64,000 bases of DNA from Amoebophrya sp. A120 (Eukaryota; Protista; Dinoflagellata), in NCBI GenBank assembly GCA_905178155.1, contig CAJINV010000013.1:2724158-2788157 (forward strand), given 5' to 3'. Both the position numbers and the translations under genes were made by a program. Positions 1-13,405 of this stretch are shown here, piece after piece; within the stretch, counting starts at the first letter, position 1, and each line of letters opens with the position of its first letter. A model generated the notes under the pieces. That model made no database searches. It was not told the origin of the DNA and saw only the letters and a program-made list of their open reading frames with translations.

Positions 1-239
1 CTGGAGAGGACTGCAGACCCATACCAAGCCCGAGTAGAGAGGCTTTGACTTAGGCGCCTAGCATGAAAGGCGTCCGTGATGTTGGCTCAACAGCATGACA
101 AACCGCCTCCATAATGGGACGGAAGCTGCTGCCCTTGTCTTCTTGCAACACAAACGTGACTTGTGACCTCAAATCAGCAACACAAATTTTCGAAAACTTA
201 CCTCTTCAATATGGGGACGGGGGATTTTTCCTTGCGATA
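1..239. mobile_element. Introner family A-like element, truncated by window edge
   Basis: Right end atggggacgggggatttttccttgcgata (211-239) matches the family A terminal inverted repeat; it abuts the last visible exon of the beta-oxidation gene. Confidence 0.7.
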
Positions 240-3200
240 GAAACCTGTCGGTAATTCTTGTTTTTCGACACCAGCTCCGTTCTTTCCTTGCCGTATTTCT
301 TCAGTCCCGCAAGAATGTTGTCCAGCCCCACAATGTTGTCTGCCCAGTGCATCGGACCGCCCTTGTAAGGGGGAAAGCCGTACCTGCGCGGGAGGTCGAG
401 GGAAGTTTTTGTTTGGGATCAAGACAGAGAGTCGAAATGGTCGTGTATCGAATCTCTACAACTTATTTTGTTCACGAACACTAATGGGCACCAGTGGACG
501 GGAGAAAAAACGCCATGAAAGAAAAATCTCATAGCGCTCCAATTTCAATATAGTACCCGTAAACGTAGACAATATCGATGTCTGATGGTCGCTGTGCCAT
601 GTTCTCCTCGAGAATCTTGAAGCCCTCGTTTACCAACGGGAAAAACAGTCGCTCGCACACCTCCTTCTCGTCAAACGACCGCGGGGTGACGCCTTTTGAC
701 TTCTGGATTTCGGCGACTTTTGGGGGCAGCTCCGGGTCTAGCTTCAGCTTCTTTCGGGTCTTTGCGTCGTACAGGAAAATACCTTTTCGTTTATTTCAGG
801 AGAAAACGAATGCTGTTGGAAAAAATTACTCAAAAAACAGCAGGGTCAAGAAAAATTTGGCCGCACGAAGAACATTCTAGTAGAAGTGGATGTGGAAACG
901 CCAGTTTTATATATTACCTCTTCCCGTCTTCACGCCCCACCTGTTCTGCTCGCAGAGCCAATCGCACATTTCATACGGCCCAATCGAAACTTTCGTCTCC
1001 ATCTGCATATTCCCCGCTGCCTTGCGCTGCTTCCAAAAGAGTTCCAAGCCGACCAGGTCCGCAAGGGTGAGCGGGCCCATGGGCATGCCAAACTTAAAGG
1101 CCGCGGAATCCACCAAGGACATGTCTGCGCCCTGTTCGACCATCATGCGAGCTTCCGCACCGTAGGGACCTCAAAATGTTGATTTCAACAGGACGCATTC
1201 TTTTTTATTTTTTAACCATCTTCATCTTCTTCTTCAGGAACAATGCAAGTGCTGCATAAACGCTTCGTGAATGAATGTAGGTAGTTGTCAACTGAAGAAA
1301 TCCTTGCAATTTCGTCACATCCAACATACTGAACAACAGAAGTCAAATGCTATTCTCTTTCGCGTTATGAATTTTTTCTAGTCATATTACAGAAGTAGTC
1401 CTCTAACTATACCCATCATCCTGTTTCCGACGAAGCCGTCGCAATTTCCGACTAACACCGCTTTTTTGCCGATCAGCTTGCCCATGGCCATGCAGCTCGC
1501 GAGCGTGACCGCGTCGGCCTTCTTGGTGCGCACGTTTTCCAGGAGCTGCATCACGTTGGCGGGGGAGAAAAAGTGGGTACCCATCACCTTTTCTGGGTAC
1601 GAGTAGGCGGCCGCGATCTCGTCGATGTCCAATCCGGAGGTGTTGGTGCAGACGTATCAAGAGGAAAACTCCCCCCTCCCCATATCGAAAACGAAATTTG
1701 TGGCGCTGTATTTGAGTACACAAATCGACTTGTAATGCTAGAAGGCCAAGAGACGCAGCTGTGGCCTCGTTTGCAGGCAATTCGTCATGCTGCTTCCCAC
1801 TTCCAGCTGCCGCCTGTCTTGCTGAAGCTGCAAGGCTTTCCCACGCCAACCAGCACTACAGTCCGCATCTTTTCCGTTCTAGCATGACAAAGCTGATTCG
1901 TGACCACAAATCTGCATCACAAATTCCTAGTTCGAGTATGGGGTGGGGGGATTTTTCATTTTGATAAGACGAGGCAGTCCTTCTTGCACACCTTGCCGAG
2001 CTCCTTGAAAACCTCCTTCTTCAGCGGCATAATCTCCGGAACCGCCTCGATGATGATGTCTACATCCTTCAAATCCTTGTAGTCCAGCGTCGGGTGCAGC
2101 AGCGACATCAGCTTCTTCGCCTGCTCCGGCTTCATCTTGCCCTTGGCGACCTGTTTTTTTTTGTTTCGTCACTTGCTTCGAGCAACGAGGATTAGCTGAA
2201 CATGGACATCGACATCAAAAAGTTTCATACAAAAGGTTCTTCTTATCTGTGAAGAAACTTTCACGTGGGAGTACGACAAAGACATCAAACCTTCGCCAAA
2301 ATACAGCTGCAAATACGTGAGAAACGAAGCTGCATATGAACAAGTCCGAGGGATGAAGCAGAGAAAAATCCAAACACCTACAGCAAGCGTGCAGCTGAAT
2401 GATGAATGTTGCCATTGCCTCCTTGTTACAAACTACTAACTATACCGTGATGTCGTAATTTTTCTTGATCGTCCCCACGCCGGCGTCGAGCCACTCCTTC
2501 TTTGCGTCCTTGATGACGACGGGGATGTTTTTCTTTAGAAAGTTCATGGCGATGCCCCCGCCCATGAGCCCGGCGCCGATGATCCCCACCTTCTTAATGG
2601 CCGTGGGCTTCGCGGTGTTGCCCTTCACCTTCAACGCCTGGCGCTCCGCGAAGAAAATGTTGCGCAGGGACGCCGACTCAGGGGACATGACCAATTTGCC
2701 GAACTGCTCCATCTCCACCGCGACCTTATGCATTGCAAATATGTCTGGGTCTGGAAACATGTAAACTTCTGATGCGCATTTGAGACCAGAGAAGAATCTG
2801 TCACGCATGGACTGCAAAAGTTGTCCATTTCTTGTCACCAAAAGAGGAACTTGTCATGCGGATTAGGCATCGCCTAACCTGTTCAAAACCTGTGTTGCCA
2901 GGACTTGCATGCCAGACCTTCTGTGCCCTGCACAAGAAGCATCACACTCTTCCAGACCCAGACATATTTGCATTTGATAGACCCCGGCCTCGAACGACGG
3001 GCCGAGGCAGGCCGCCTGGTATCAAAAGTAAAAATGTCTGGGTCTGGAAGAATGCAACTTGTAATGCGTATTTCAGAACACAGAAAAGTCTCTCATGCAT
3101 ACGTAGCAAAAGCTGCCCACTTTCTGTCAGCAAAGGAGGGGACTTGTCATGCGGATTCGGCATTGCGGAACTTCTCGAAACCTGTGATGCTAGCGCTTCC

Positions 3201-4940
3201 ATGCCAGACCTTCTGTGTCATGCAAAAACAGCATGACTCTTCCAGACCCAGACATTTTTACATTTGATACCTGGAAGCACTCGACTATCGCGTCTGGCGC
3301 GATCATGCCGCGAGCGGTCTTGCTCGCGGTCAGCCGGGCCATGTCGAGCCCCCCGGCCTTGGCCATCACCTTATTCCCGATCGGCACCTTCATCTTGGAG
3401 ATCGGCCGGGGAGGCTTGCTCAGCGCAAAGGCCGCAGCGGCGTCCAGGAGGGGCGAACCTGAGATTCATTGTTTTCATTTTTGCGTCGTGCAGGAACTTG
3501 TTTGTTTTCTACGAGTTGTCAGCAAGAAACTTTTATGCATCTACTGTCCCGCACCCGCGTTGAAGAGAGAGGATACAATTATAAACCAGTACAAACCAGC
3601 ACTTCTTCTACCCTTCGGCTCAACTTTATCGACGATCCCGGCTTTGTTGGCTTTCATCATGTTCAGATTCTGCCCTGTCATGACCATCTGCAGGGCGACG
3701 TCGAAGGGAGCCACCCGCGGCAACCTTTGTGTGCCCTGGCCCCCGGGGAGCAGGCCGAGAAGCACCTCTGGGAACCCGATCTGCGCGTTGTCCACGGCGA
3801 CCCGGTAGTGGCAGGCCAGCGCAACTTCGCCGCCGCCGCCCAAAGCTTGGCCGTTGATGGCAGCCACCGTGGTTTTCGGACAGGCGTCCAGGCCGTTGAT
3901 CATGTTGTGCAGGTTCATGATCTGTAATTTTGGGTGTTTGTTGGCATAGATACGAATCTCTCTTCATTTTTATCTAGTGCAAGGAAAATCAGAATCCGGA
4001 GGCTCTTATTCCCTTATGACGTGTGCACAAAACGAATGCGATTCCGACATGCATTTTTTTACTGTTATTGAAGTATCATTTCCGGTGCCGCAATGAACGA
4101 TGCATAAGTAGAGCAAGAAGTACTTCTTACCGCCTGCGGTCCCGCGGTCGCAAATTCCTCTATGGCAAAACCGCCGCAAAAAAGCGCGCCGTGCTATCAA
4201 CTGCAAATACGATGTCTGAGTGTGCAAGATTGAGTGTGTGCCTGGGACGCCCCAAGGACTCTGTATCTGTAGCTGCACTGGTACACGCATGTTCGTTGCG
4301 TAAAAACAATAACAATAATTCCCTCGTCTCTGCAGAAAGAATGAAGCAGCCAGCTCCTGTGCCTCAGATCAACAAGCAACGCTGGGCTGGTCAGCTGTCA
4401 TGCTCGGCCAGGCAATGTGGTGTGTTTGTGCAGCACAGACCAAAACACAACTTTATTCCGGACCCAGACATCATATCTTTGCAGTGGATACCTTCCCCGT
4501 GACAACCACCGCCTTGACTGCCGGGTCCTTGTATCCTGAGTAAAAACGTACCCACACCAGAGCTGTCATGCAGATTTGCAAAGACAGGAAGACTTGTAAT
4601 GCGCATCCCCATGAGAGCCATTTCCAATCGTGTTTTGGAATTTGTGATGCTGTGAACAGGATGAGCAGATGAATCTGCGATGCGGCTGCACTTGCTAACC
4701 TGCACTACACTGTAGAGTGCAACTTGTCATGCGTGACTCACAAAACTCCTAGGTTTGTGTTGCAAAATCCCCATCCTGACTCTGGTGTGGGTACGTTTTT
4801 ACTCAGGATACCTTGGACACCTTCGCCAAATTTTCATTGAAGGACTTGACCAGACCAGACGCAAGGGAATTCACGGGCGGGTTGTCCAGCGTGATGACGG
4901 CCACGCCGTCTGGCCGCACCATGCACTGCGTGGTGGCCAT
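240..4940 (-). CDS. Multifunctional fatty-acid beta-oxidation enzyme (enoyl-CoA hydratase + 3-hydroxyacyl-CoA dehydrogenase; MFP/EHHADH/FadJ-like), multi-exon, C-terminus continues past window start
   Basis: ATG at 4940 ([26 protein letters not shown]). Crotonase motifs [40 protein letters not shown]; Rossmann [13 protein letters not shown]; [40 protein letters not shown]. Interrupted by 6 introners and several GT-AG introns. Confidence 0.95.
1655..1966. mobile_element. Introner family A (312 bp), TSD agacg
   Basis: TIR tatcaagaggaaaactcccccctccccatatcgaa / ttcgagtatggggtggggggatttttcattttgata; agacg at 1650-1654 and 1967-1971; removal restores [11 protein letters not shown]. Confidence 0.93.
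2727..2979. mobile_element. Introner family B (253 bp), TSD gacct/gaccc
   Basis: TIR tatgcattgcaaatatgtctgggtctggaa / ttccagacccagacatatttgcatttgata; removal restores [11 protein letters not shown]. Confidence 0.92.
3020..3269. mobile_element. Introner family B (250 bp), TSD cctgg
   Basis: TIR tatcaaaagtaaaaatgtctgggtctggaag / cttccagacccagacatttttacatttgata; removal restores VECFQ-AACLGP. Confidence 0.93.
4195..4490. mobile_element. Diverged introner family B (296 bp), degenerate TSD cgtgc/ccttc
   Basis: Ends tatcaactgcaaatacgatgtctgag / gacccagacatcatatctttgcagtggata; removal restores VTGK-(H)GALFCGGF. Confidence 0.82.
4532..4810. mobile_element. Introner family C (279 bp), TSD ccttg
   Basis: Perfect 31-bp TIR tatcctgagtaaaaacgtacccacaccagag; removal restores [16 protein letters not shown]. 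Confidence 0.95.
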
Positions 4941-5768
4941 TCTGCTTCGCCGCGACCGAGAAACGTTATCTCAGTTCTCCTCTGACGTTCGTTGGTATTC
5001 AGTACTGATCTATCGGTGCAACAATTCTTTTTCCTTGCAGTTGATTATCGCAATAAATCTGTAGTTGTTATTGTGATGGCAAGCGATATCAAGGCGAATC
5101 TCCGATGTCGGGTAGATCGAAGAAAGAGGTGCAAAAAAAGGAGGAACAAGAAATACGCGAACTTGCTTCCGTACTTTTTCTGCACGAGCTTTGGAGGGTG
5201 ATAGGCTTTGTTTTTTTTTTGGAAAAAACGTCTATCAAAAAGCTGAATTGACTTCTCAGGGACCGACCGGGGTCCTGTGTCTAGTGCCTCAGAAAAACCA
5301 AAATTATATCACTCGTCTTCTACTCAGGCAGCAACCGTACTATTTAATAGTATTAACACCGGCTCCAGGTCACGATCGTTATTCGGAATAGCCTCCTGTA
5401 CTACTGGTAGTGCCGCTCATCTTGCGTCTCTCAAAAAAGAAGAAAAAATCGATGGACCCGAACGGGCCTAAAAAAAGGCCGAAAAAACACCGACTCGGAA
5501 TTTTTATCAGGTAGTGGCATGCTGCAGCACCTATGCCACTTACTTACTCAAAAATCCTACCTCTTCATGCCCTTACTAGTCGCATGGACCGACAGAGGAG
5601 ACGCCAAGCAATCCACCTCTTTTTCAAAAAACAGAGCCGCACCCACAAGCATCCTTCATGACCGACATGGACATTGCCGCAATTTTTACTTCTTTGCGTA
5701 GTGAGTCGAGTAGTATAAACAATTCGCATCGATATATAGTAAGTGCAACTGGAGAACGCGTTCCCGCC

Positions 5769-8042
5769 TCACAATGCGGGCTCCCGTTGACAGCTTGCGG
5801 GCGTCAACCGAACCGCCGTGCTGGTTGCTGAAATAGATACCATGTATATGTGCGTGTGTGTTTTCTCTTTCCAAAAGTCTTGTACAAGTACCATGCATGC
5901 GGGAGCCACCTCCATCTGTAGATTGTGTCGTGTGAACGCGCAGCGTGCTGACGATGGTGAAGCACACGACGGCATCATATGCAATAGCAATCGTAATGTT
6001 ACAGGAGGGATTCTATCAATTTTGGCCATGGTTCATCATGCTTATTCGCCCTGTATATGAATGTAAAGATACACCACACAAATGTTATACTATCAATCTG
6101 ACCGATGAAATTCAGGAACGCAAAAAACAGAATCATGACAAGATTAAATTAAAATTATACGTGGAGAGGATCATGTCACGATGGAGAGGAAGTGACACGC
6201 AGATGCAAATGGATGAAGTCGTCAATTTTTTTTACTACTGGAATCGAATCATATTGACGGTCGTTAGTAGCGTAAGAATTTGAATTGGAAATGGAAGAGT
6301 TGGTATACTAATTTATTAGGGAGGCGAGAAAAGGCTATCGACTGAAAACACTTGTCTACTCCTACCCCCAGATTGAGTTACAAATAGTATTGTAAAATAA
6401 CGCATACAACATACTGCAGTGCATTGCAGAAACATGACTCACTTTGTTTCTCAACAATCGCCCAGCATTTTCGGATCACATCAGCGCCCGTGGTGAATCC
6501 TGCAGCTCATTTTTGTTGTTTTGTGCCGTGCACGCAGTGTGGTCAATTTTTTTTGTACAAAAATGCGACTGTACTCCTTGTGTTATCCTACACGACGCGA
6601 CGTGAGCGTGACGCCACCGACTTTCATTCTCACATCGTTGCCGCCTTGATTTTTTCCTTGATGGCCTGCTTTTCGGCCCGATTTCGGTCATGTAGCTCCT
6701 TCAGGATTTCCTTCAGATTGGCCTTCGGCGCACGGTCAGCGGCTTTTATCCGCTCGATCAGAGGCGCCTCCGGGATCAGGATCTGAGTTAGGTGCATTTT
6801 TACTCTATTTTATTTTTATTCTTTGAGACATGTTGTCCTAGTCCTATACCAGCAGTCATGCTCATGCATGTAGTGTGCGCGACAAAACAAAAACGTAAGC
6901 ATGCCAGCAAGTGCATGACAAACACGACAAAGAGCACCATATATTCATACCTTCCCCATCATAGACCCGTATCGTTTGTTGCTTTCCCGCAAATTCGCTT
7001 TGTCTTCCCGGCAGCGCTTATCCCGATGGGGCAAAGTCCACCAATCACACAAAGAGAGCCGTGATCTCTGCCTGCTTTCATCGATGAACTAGAACTTGAT
7101 GAAGATCATGATCTAGATCATCTAACTATGCATACTAAAATTCAAATTTCGTGAAAGTAATTGCTGAATGCCTAGCGATGAAACCAGGTGCTCATATTTT
7201 ATTGGCTGTTAATATCACGCAATCTTCATGTAGTCGAGGTGCACTTTTCAGTAGGATACGAGTGGAAAGTCTCGGCAAACGCTGCTTTTTTCTTCTCTTC
7301 CCGAAATAACCTGATGGCAATTTTTGAACGAGGATTTCTTTGCTTTGCAAGTACTGGTACTCGCATGAGCAAAAAAAGGGCGAAATCGATTCAAGGAAAG
7401 CAAAAGTGAAACACATATTTTCAATTGCAGGCATATTTCTAACTCTTCTAAGTTGTAAGCATAGTACCTGTTGTCGCGTATGCTTCGCAAGTAAGCAGAC
7501 GTGTTGCAGTGGCTCGGAACAGAGTGGGGCACGTTCGAACTTATGGACATTTTCAACTTCGAAATTCATCTTTTTCCTTGCTTCCGGACCTAAGGACTGA
7601 GTTCTTTGTTCACTCGAACAACATTTGTCATGTTGCGGATGCTGGATTCGTCAGGACAATGACCGTGTTTCCTCGAGCACTAGAGATGTTCTGGGGAGCG
7701 AGATTCATGCAACACAACAAATTTGCGACGATTGAAACTCAAGTCACTGAATGGCACTGCAAGTGTGCAACTCCAGTGAAGACCCGGATGATAAAGCAAA
7801 AGCAGATGAATTTCCTATTGAATTTTTTTCACTGTGGTAAAATTTGGATCGAATTTGTGAAAGCCCCCGTCGTGCCAGGTGCACCAGCCGGTTCCGTGCG
7901 CGTGCGGGATGCACATCCGCCCCATGTGGTCGATGTAGGGAATCAAATTGGAGTTTTCCCCGAGGGGGTACGGTGTGTAGCGCTGCTTCGGCGGAGCGGA
8001 AGTGGCCCGAGCCGTTGAGCTGCCGGAAGCAGGGTGACCCAT
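5769..8042 (-). CDS. Probable multi-exon hypothetical protein (boundaries uncertain)
   Basis: Protein-like exon fragments, e.g. MGHPASGSSTARATSAPPKQRYTPYPLGE... (7815-8042) and ILIPEAPLIERIKAADRAPKANLKEILKELHDRNRAEKQAIKEKIK (about 6635-6783), separated by AT-rich stretches. No family recognised. Confidence 0.4.
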
Positions 8043-9514
8043 GGTGTTGTTTCAAAGGTGAAAAAGTTGTTCTTGAAACTACGTCCTCGCGAAGTAGACG
8101 ATACCGAGGTAGTACTTACTCTAGCTGCCACAGCAGCCTAGAAAAAAATGCGAGTTTCCAAAAGATGAAAACACAAAGAGGGACAAAAAAGTAGGGAGCA
8201 ATACTCACATTGGGCGCAGGAGGGGAGCGCAGACAGAATGTGAATCTGCTGTAGTACCCTGTTGGAATGCAAGAGGTAAAATCAATCACAAGCAACAACC
8301 GGTCAATATCTGCAATTGAGGGGAATGATGCAGACCAGTGCCACATAGATAGTAAGCACGATGCAACGCTCACACGAGCGCTGCTTCACCACAGGTTGTG
8401 TCTCGGCCTGTGTCTGTGCGCCAAGACAGATGTAGAAAAAAAAAAGCCGAAGCCTTATTGTTTCGCTTCCCTTTATCACAGGACCGAAATCAACTGGCAG
8501 ATAAAAACTAGGAGGCTCAGACCTAGGCATACGATATAAAAAAAAAGGCTTCCGGAATACCGAAAGAAATTCGAAATCCTGATGGCGAGAACGAAATTTC
8601 TTTTCTCCCGATGGCATAGAAAAAAGACCGATTCGTCCTAGAGGCACGCTCATGCGGTTGTTGTTCTTCTTTCAGATAAACGAACAAAATGAAAATTGCT
8701 GCAATTGATATTCTCGCAAAACAGGCACAGAAAAACCGATGGAAAAATCACTGTCCATACCGAGATCATTCGATGTTTCATTTACCGACCACACACAGCA
8801 CCAACAGCAGCACTTTCGATTCTCTGTGATGTGAACACGGTTGCATATGATGGAACCAGCTTTCCAGCAACACCTCCACGACGTCAAGAAAAAAAATGAT
8901 AGAAAATTCAAAAAGATTTCTTCGGTTTCACTTTCATATCTGGTTCGGCACCTCTCTCCGCAGGTCGTGAAGAAGCAGGTTTAGCTTCAACACAACTCGG
9001 GAACGGGCATTCGAGGACCTATAATGTTGCCTGAGATGGTACAGAGCAAATACAAATAGAAACAGTGGGATTCCCGAGAAATACAACCCGAAAGGCCCTG
9101 CAACTACTGTCATCTCATCGTACCATTCTTCATTTCATGGTAGTTTTTTATTTTTTCTTATTGGTTTAACAAAAAGTATAAGACTCAGAATTAGTAACTT
9201 GTGGGGAACAAGGATAAAAGAAGAAATGGGAAAATAGAAATACAAAAAAAAAACAATTTGATACAATGAAGAAAAGAAGTGACTCCTCCATCGAAATGCG
9301 GTACGGAAAAGCTAGAGCAAACTGGAAATTGAAGCGACGAGAGAACAAAAGGGAGACGTGCAAAAATGTAAAAAATGCGAATGCCATTAAAGGACATAGC
9401 AGACCGCACAAAAATGCTCTTTCCGGTGCGTTTTTGCACGACGCAATGGCGCTGCACCCGTCACGAATGCATTTTTTACATCGTCTTTACTTTTAGAAAC
9501 TCACGTCGCTGCCG

Positions 9515-11730
9515 TCACAAGTCCTCGCCGTCGCCTTCAGAAACCCCAGTTGCTCCGCCGCCCTTCCGCTGCGGTTTTTTATCCGCGTCCTTTATCCCGC
9601 GTCTTCGCGCCCGCGCGGGCCGTCGGTAGTTGGGTTGTGCCACTCGGTTCGGTATGCTGCTGCCAGATGAACCGCACGCATTATTTCGTGCCGCACTTGC
9701 CTCCTGCTGCTCCTGGTGGGATTTATTTCCTCTACGCATGATTTTCATCTCTGCGGGACGAGGTCGTGGTCTCGACGGCGTTGCATCCAGATAGTATTCT
9801 GCATTCGCATCTTCTGGATTCGTGTCCCTTTTCCGTGCTTCTTCTTCTTCACATGCACGTGCTGACGCTCCATCCCGCAGCTGTGCATAATGCGCAGTCC
9901 CGGAGGTTCTAATTGTGGCATCTCCAGACAAAGACTCAGGAAGTTGTAGAAGTAACCCAGGCCTCGCGGCGCACGTTTCTATTCTGTATGGCGTATTTCG
10001 TTTCGAATCTTCACCAACAATCCGGCTATTATTTCCGACAAACGTCATCTCTTGCGAAGGTTCTACTGGTGGCACAAACACGAAGCTGCTTTCGACGTCC
10101 ACGCTCATAGTTTTCATCATCCGTGGGGATGGATTTTCAGCGCCGCAAGATCCGGAAGTGGATCCACCGCAAGAACCCGGGCTACAATCGACCGAACCGT
10201 GTGTCGGACAAGATTTATCATTTTCCTCTGAGACAACCTCAACGAGCAAGCCCGACAGCGCGCTTCCCTCCGGATAAAAGCTGAAGTGGTGCAGTGGTAG
10301 GTGGTGCTCGGACGAGTGCCGGTGGATGCTCATGCGGTGGTGCCGCCCCGGTTTGGTCAAGGAGGAACCGCCCGCGACGTTACTCGTATAGTACGAGGTG
10401 GAGTCTAAATTCGTGGCCTTATTCTTCGGACCACGTCCGCCCTCCGAGGAGCTGCTGTCGCTGGAGGAGTCCGAGGACGAGGAAGTGTCAGTCCCTGCCT
10501 GCAGTCGTATCGCGCGCGCCTCACCCTCAGCTGTGATGTTGTGGTTGTGGCGGATAAAGATCAATATTTCTAGAAAAAAATCTCATTATTTTCGACAAAC
10601 GAGAAATACAAGAACAGTGCTGAATGAACAAAATATTCTCGGTCTCAGGAGCGGGAGCAACCATGAAAACAATTCGGAAAATAGTACCTATCCTTGGAAT
10701 CGTGGGGGCGTTCGACTTTAGTTGACTCGTTGGCTGTGGCACTGGTACCATGGCGGCAATATCGGGATCGTAATCCGTGGGCCCGAAACTCTTCTCCCCT
10801 GTGTTCATATTGCCAATCAGCGTTTGCACTACGCAGTGTTAATGTTTCTTTGTGTGCAGTCACCATTCGGATAGTATATTCAAAGCAAAAACTTCTATCA
10901 AAAGTATTAACCGGTGATCACTAGTAGCAAAAGCTTCGCTAAAAGAAGAAGGATGCAACTGCATGTAATTCAATCAAGGTTTCCGTACCGAATTTCCGAC
11001 TCCGTTTGGTTCCATCGAAGGCTTCGGAGGCCATTTTGGATCTTTGCTCCTTCTTTTCCTTTTTGGCCTCCTTTTTCTCAATGTACCCCTCCAGCTCGTT
11101 TACGCACAGTTCGTCCGGCTTCCCGTCCTTTTTGTCCTTCTTCTTTTTCTTCTCATCGACACCGGATTCTAGCTTTGACTTTTCCTTCTTCTCCTTTTTG
11201 TCTTTTTTGTCCTTCTTCTTCTTTTTCTTCTTCTCCTTATCCGAGGCGTCGGTGCCAGGAATTTGGGGCGTCGGTGCGACTATCCCGAGGAAAGAAAATA
11301 CTTACCCCCTCTGCAACCCCATAGATGAAGTAGTCAGAGCGGTGCTAGTGGGTTTTGCGTGCTGCTCTCAAATCAACTTACTTATCTTGCAACACGGCGA
11401 GGAAACACCAACCGTGACGCACATACATATCGGGAAGCAAGAACTTGTCATCGATTGGGGTCGTGCCTTAGCTTTTCGCTGTCATACTGAACAAGCAAAG
11501 CGTTTTCGAACGTGCTCGCGACGAAGAATCAATTTTACGCCGGTATGAATCTGCTCTTGCCTTCTGACACACATGACATCAGAGGGATTTGTATGCAAAT
11601 TTCTTTTCAACTTTACGGAGTCGTGGGGGGAGACTTTTTTCTCTTCGATAGCATCATCCTCCGACTCGGAGCCGGACACGGTCTCGCGCGAGTCCGGCTC
11701 GTCGTAAATCTCTGTCCGGTTGTCCGTCAT
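9515..11730 (-). CDS. Multi-exon low-complexity hypothetical protein with Lys/Glu-rich segment
   Basis: ATG at 11730 (MTDNRTEIYDEPDS...), K/D/E-rich exon at about 11030-11280, 349-codon terminal open frame 9515-10564. Confidence 0.5.
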
Positions 11731-13405
11731 GGCTCCACTGCCGGTTCTTGGCGCTGGTGGTCAGCAGGTGCACTAGAACTAGCTCCACTTTGAGTTCTAC
11801 AACAGCCCAAACGATTTTTACGAAAATCCGCCACCGCCGTGAGAACTAGTCATTACGAGCCGGACCACAGACAAAAACATCGGAAGGAGCAGGTACGAAG
11901 AGCATGCGAAGAGGACAATTAATCTTAACTTTTGCTTTTCAATGTAGAAGTTGTTGACTAAGTCGCAAAATATCGATCAGCGCAGCGATAGTTATACGGC
12001 GCTTACGTACTGGCGCTTTGACTTTTCTACGTGCTGTTCGCTCCTGCGCAGCTAGTACAAAACATGCACCTCTTACATCGTGCTCCTGAAGTTGGGAGCG
12101 TCACCTACCACGTAATCAAATCAGGATTGACAAGGGCATCAGTCATAGTCTTATTGGTGAGAAATCTAATGTAAAAATCATAAGTAGGAGGGTGAAGCAT
12201 TGAATGAGGTCCTGCGAGAGTTTGAAGTCAAGAGGGAAATCAATGACATGATGTCTACTTATTATCTTCATGACAGCAGAAGGATGCGGCAACACAGGCG
12301 CACGAAAGTGACGAAAATGTACGAGAAGCCACATTCAAGAATGGCATGTACGATGAAATGGAAATGTCGAGATACAGAGTTTTTTCGCATTCGAATTTTT
12401 TGACCGAATCGAAAACCATATTTTCTCTTCGGTTCTTGTAATATGGTTGGCAAACTTTTCTACTTCACACAAGCACCGACACAATTGCGCGAACGAAAGG
12501 ACGGAACCGATTCGAGTGCCTGTATTTTCCGTTCGAATGAATCATCAATCGGGATGCACGAACCGACTATGATTGTCTTGCACAAAGTCGAAAATCTATT
12601 TTCATTCTTACAATGACCATTTCTCCGCACCGAAACTTGCTCCAAGGGCCAGGATAAACAAAATTTTCCTTTATTTCACATTCACTTTTCTATCATGCCC
12701 GGAAGGAGCAAATTTCGCCGGAGCGCTCTCCCATAGATGAATCGAATAGGTTGCCGCTCTGTGAAAACAATGATGAACAGCTGCACAAAAAGGAACTTCT
12801 GCGAGCCGAGGGCACACCATAAACTCTCAAGCTCAGCAGTTGGTCAGGTCATAGAAGGCTCTCAATCACATCAAACTTTGTGAAAATATCACGGAATCCA
12901 CTGAAAGGCAAAGCGCAGGACTTCTTCGACTTGGTAATATGTAGTTGCTTTCTTGCCTCTATCAATCTTTAGGCCACCTCACCTCAGGTACAATGCGCTG
13001 ACAACTAAATTTTAATCATGACACAAACTCTTACTTTCAGCGAATATTTTTTTTCAGGATCATTGAGATGGTGCTGGAGTTTCAGTGTCTAGTACACGAG
13101 CATACAGAAGAAGACAACGCACGTTATATATTTGACATCAATGCAGACTCTTTTCCACGACTGAAGCTGCTCGTCCTCTAGTAGCTGTTTGCAAGTGAAT
13201 TTCCTCTTGTAATAATTCTTTAAGATGCTGCTCAACATACAAAAAAATCGTTCTTTCATAGATATCTTTCTGCGCAAAAAGTAAAAAAATAGGTACTAGA
13301 GATATGGACAATGAAATCGGTCTCGGTGTAGTGTTAGAGTTAGACTAGTAGTAGTAGTAGTGATTCCCAGCAGGGGGAGAGAAGGGGACGCCAACTCACA
13401 CCTCA

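Noticed and set aside
2727-3269. Repeats separated by short unique segments, superficially CRISPR-like
   Set aside because: The repeats are inverted, the 'spacer' is a coding exon, the context is eukaryotic and there are no cas genes.
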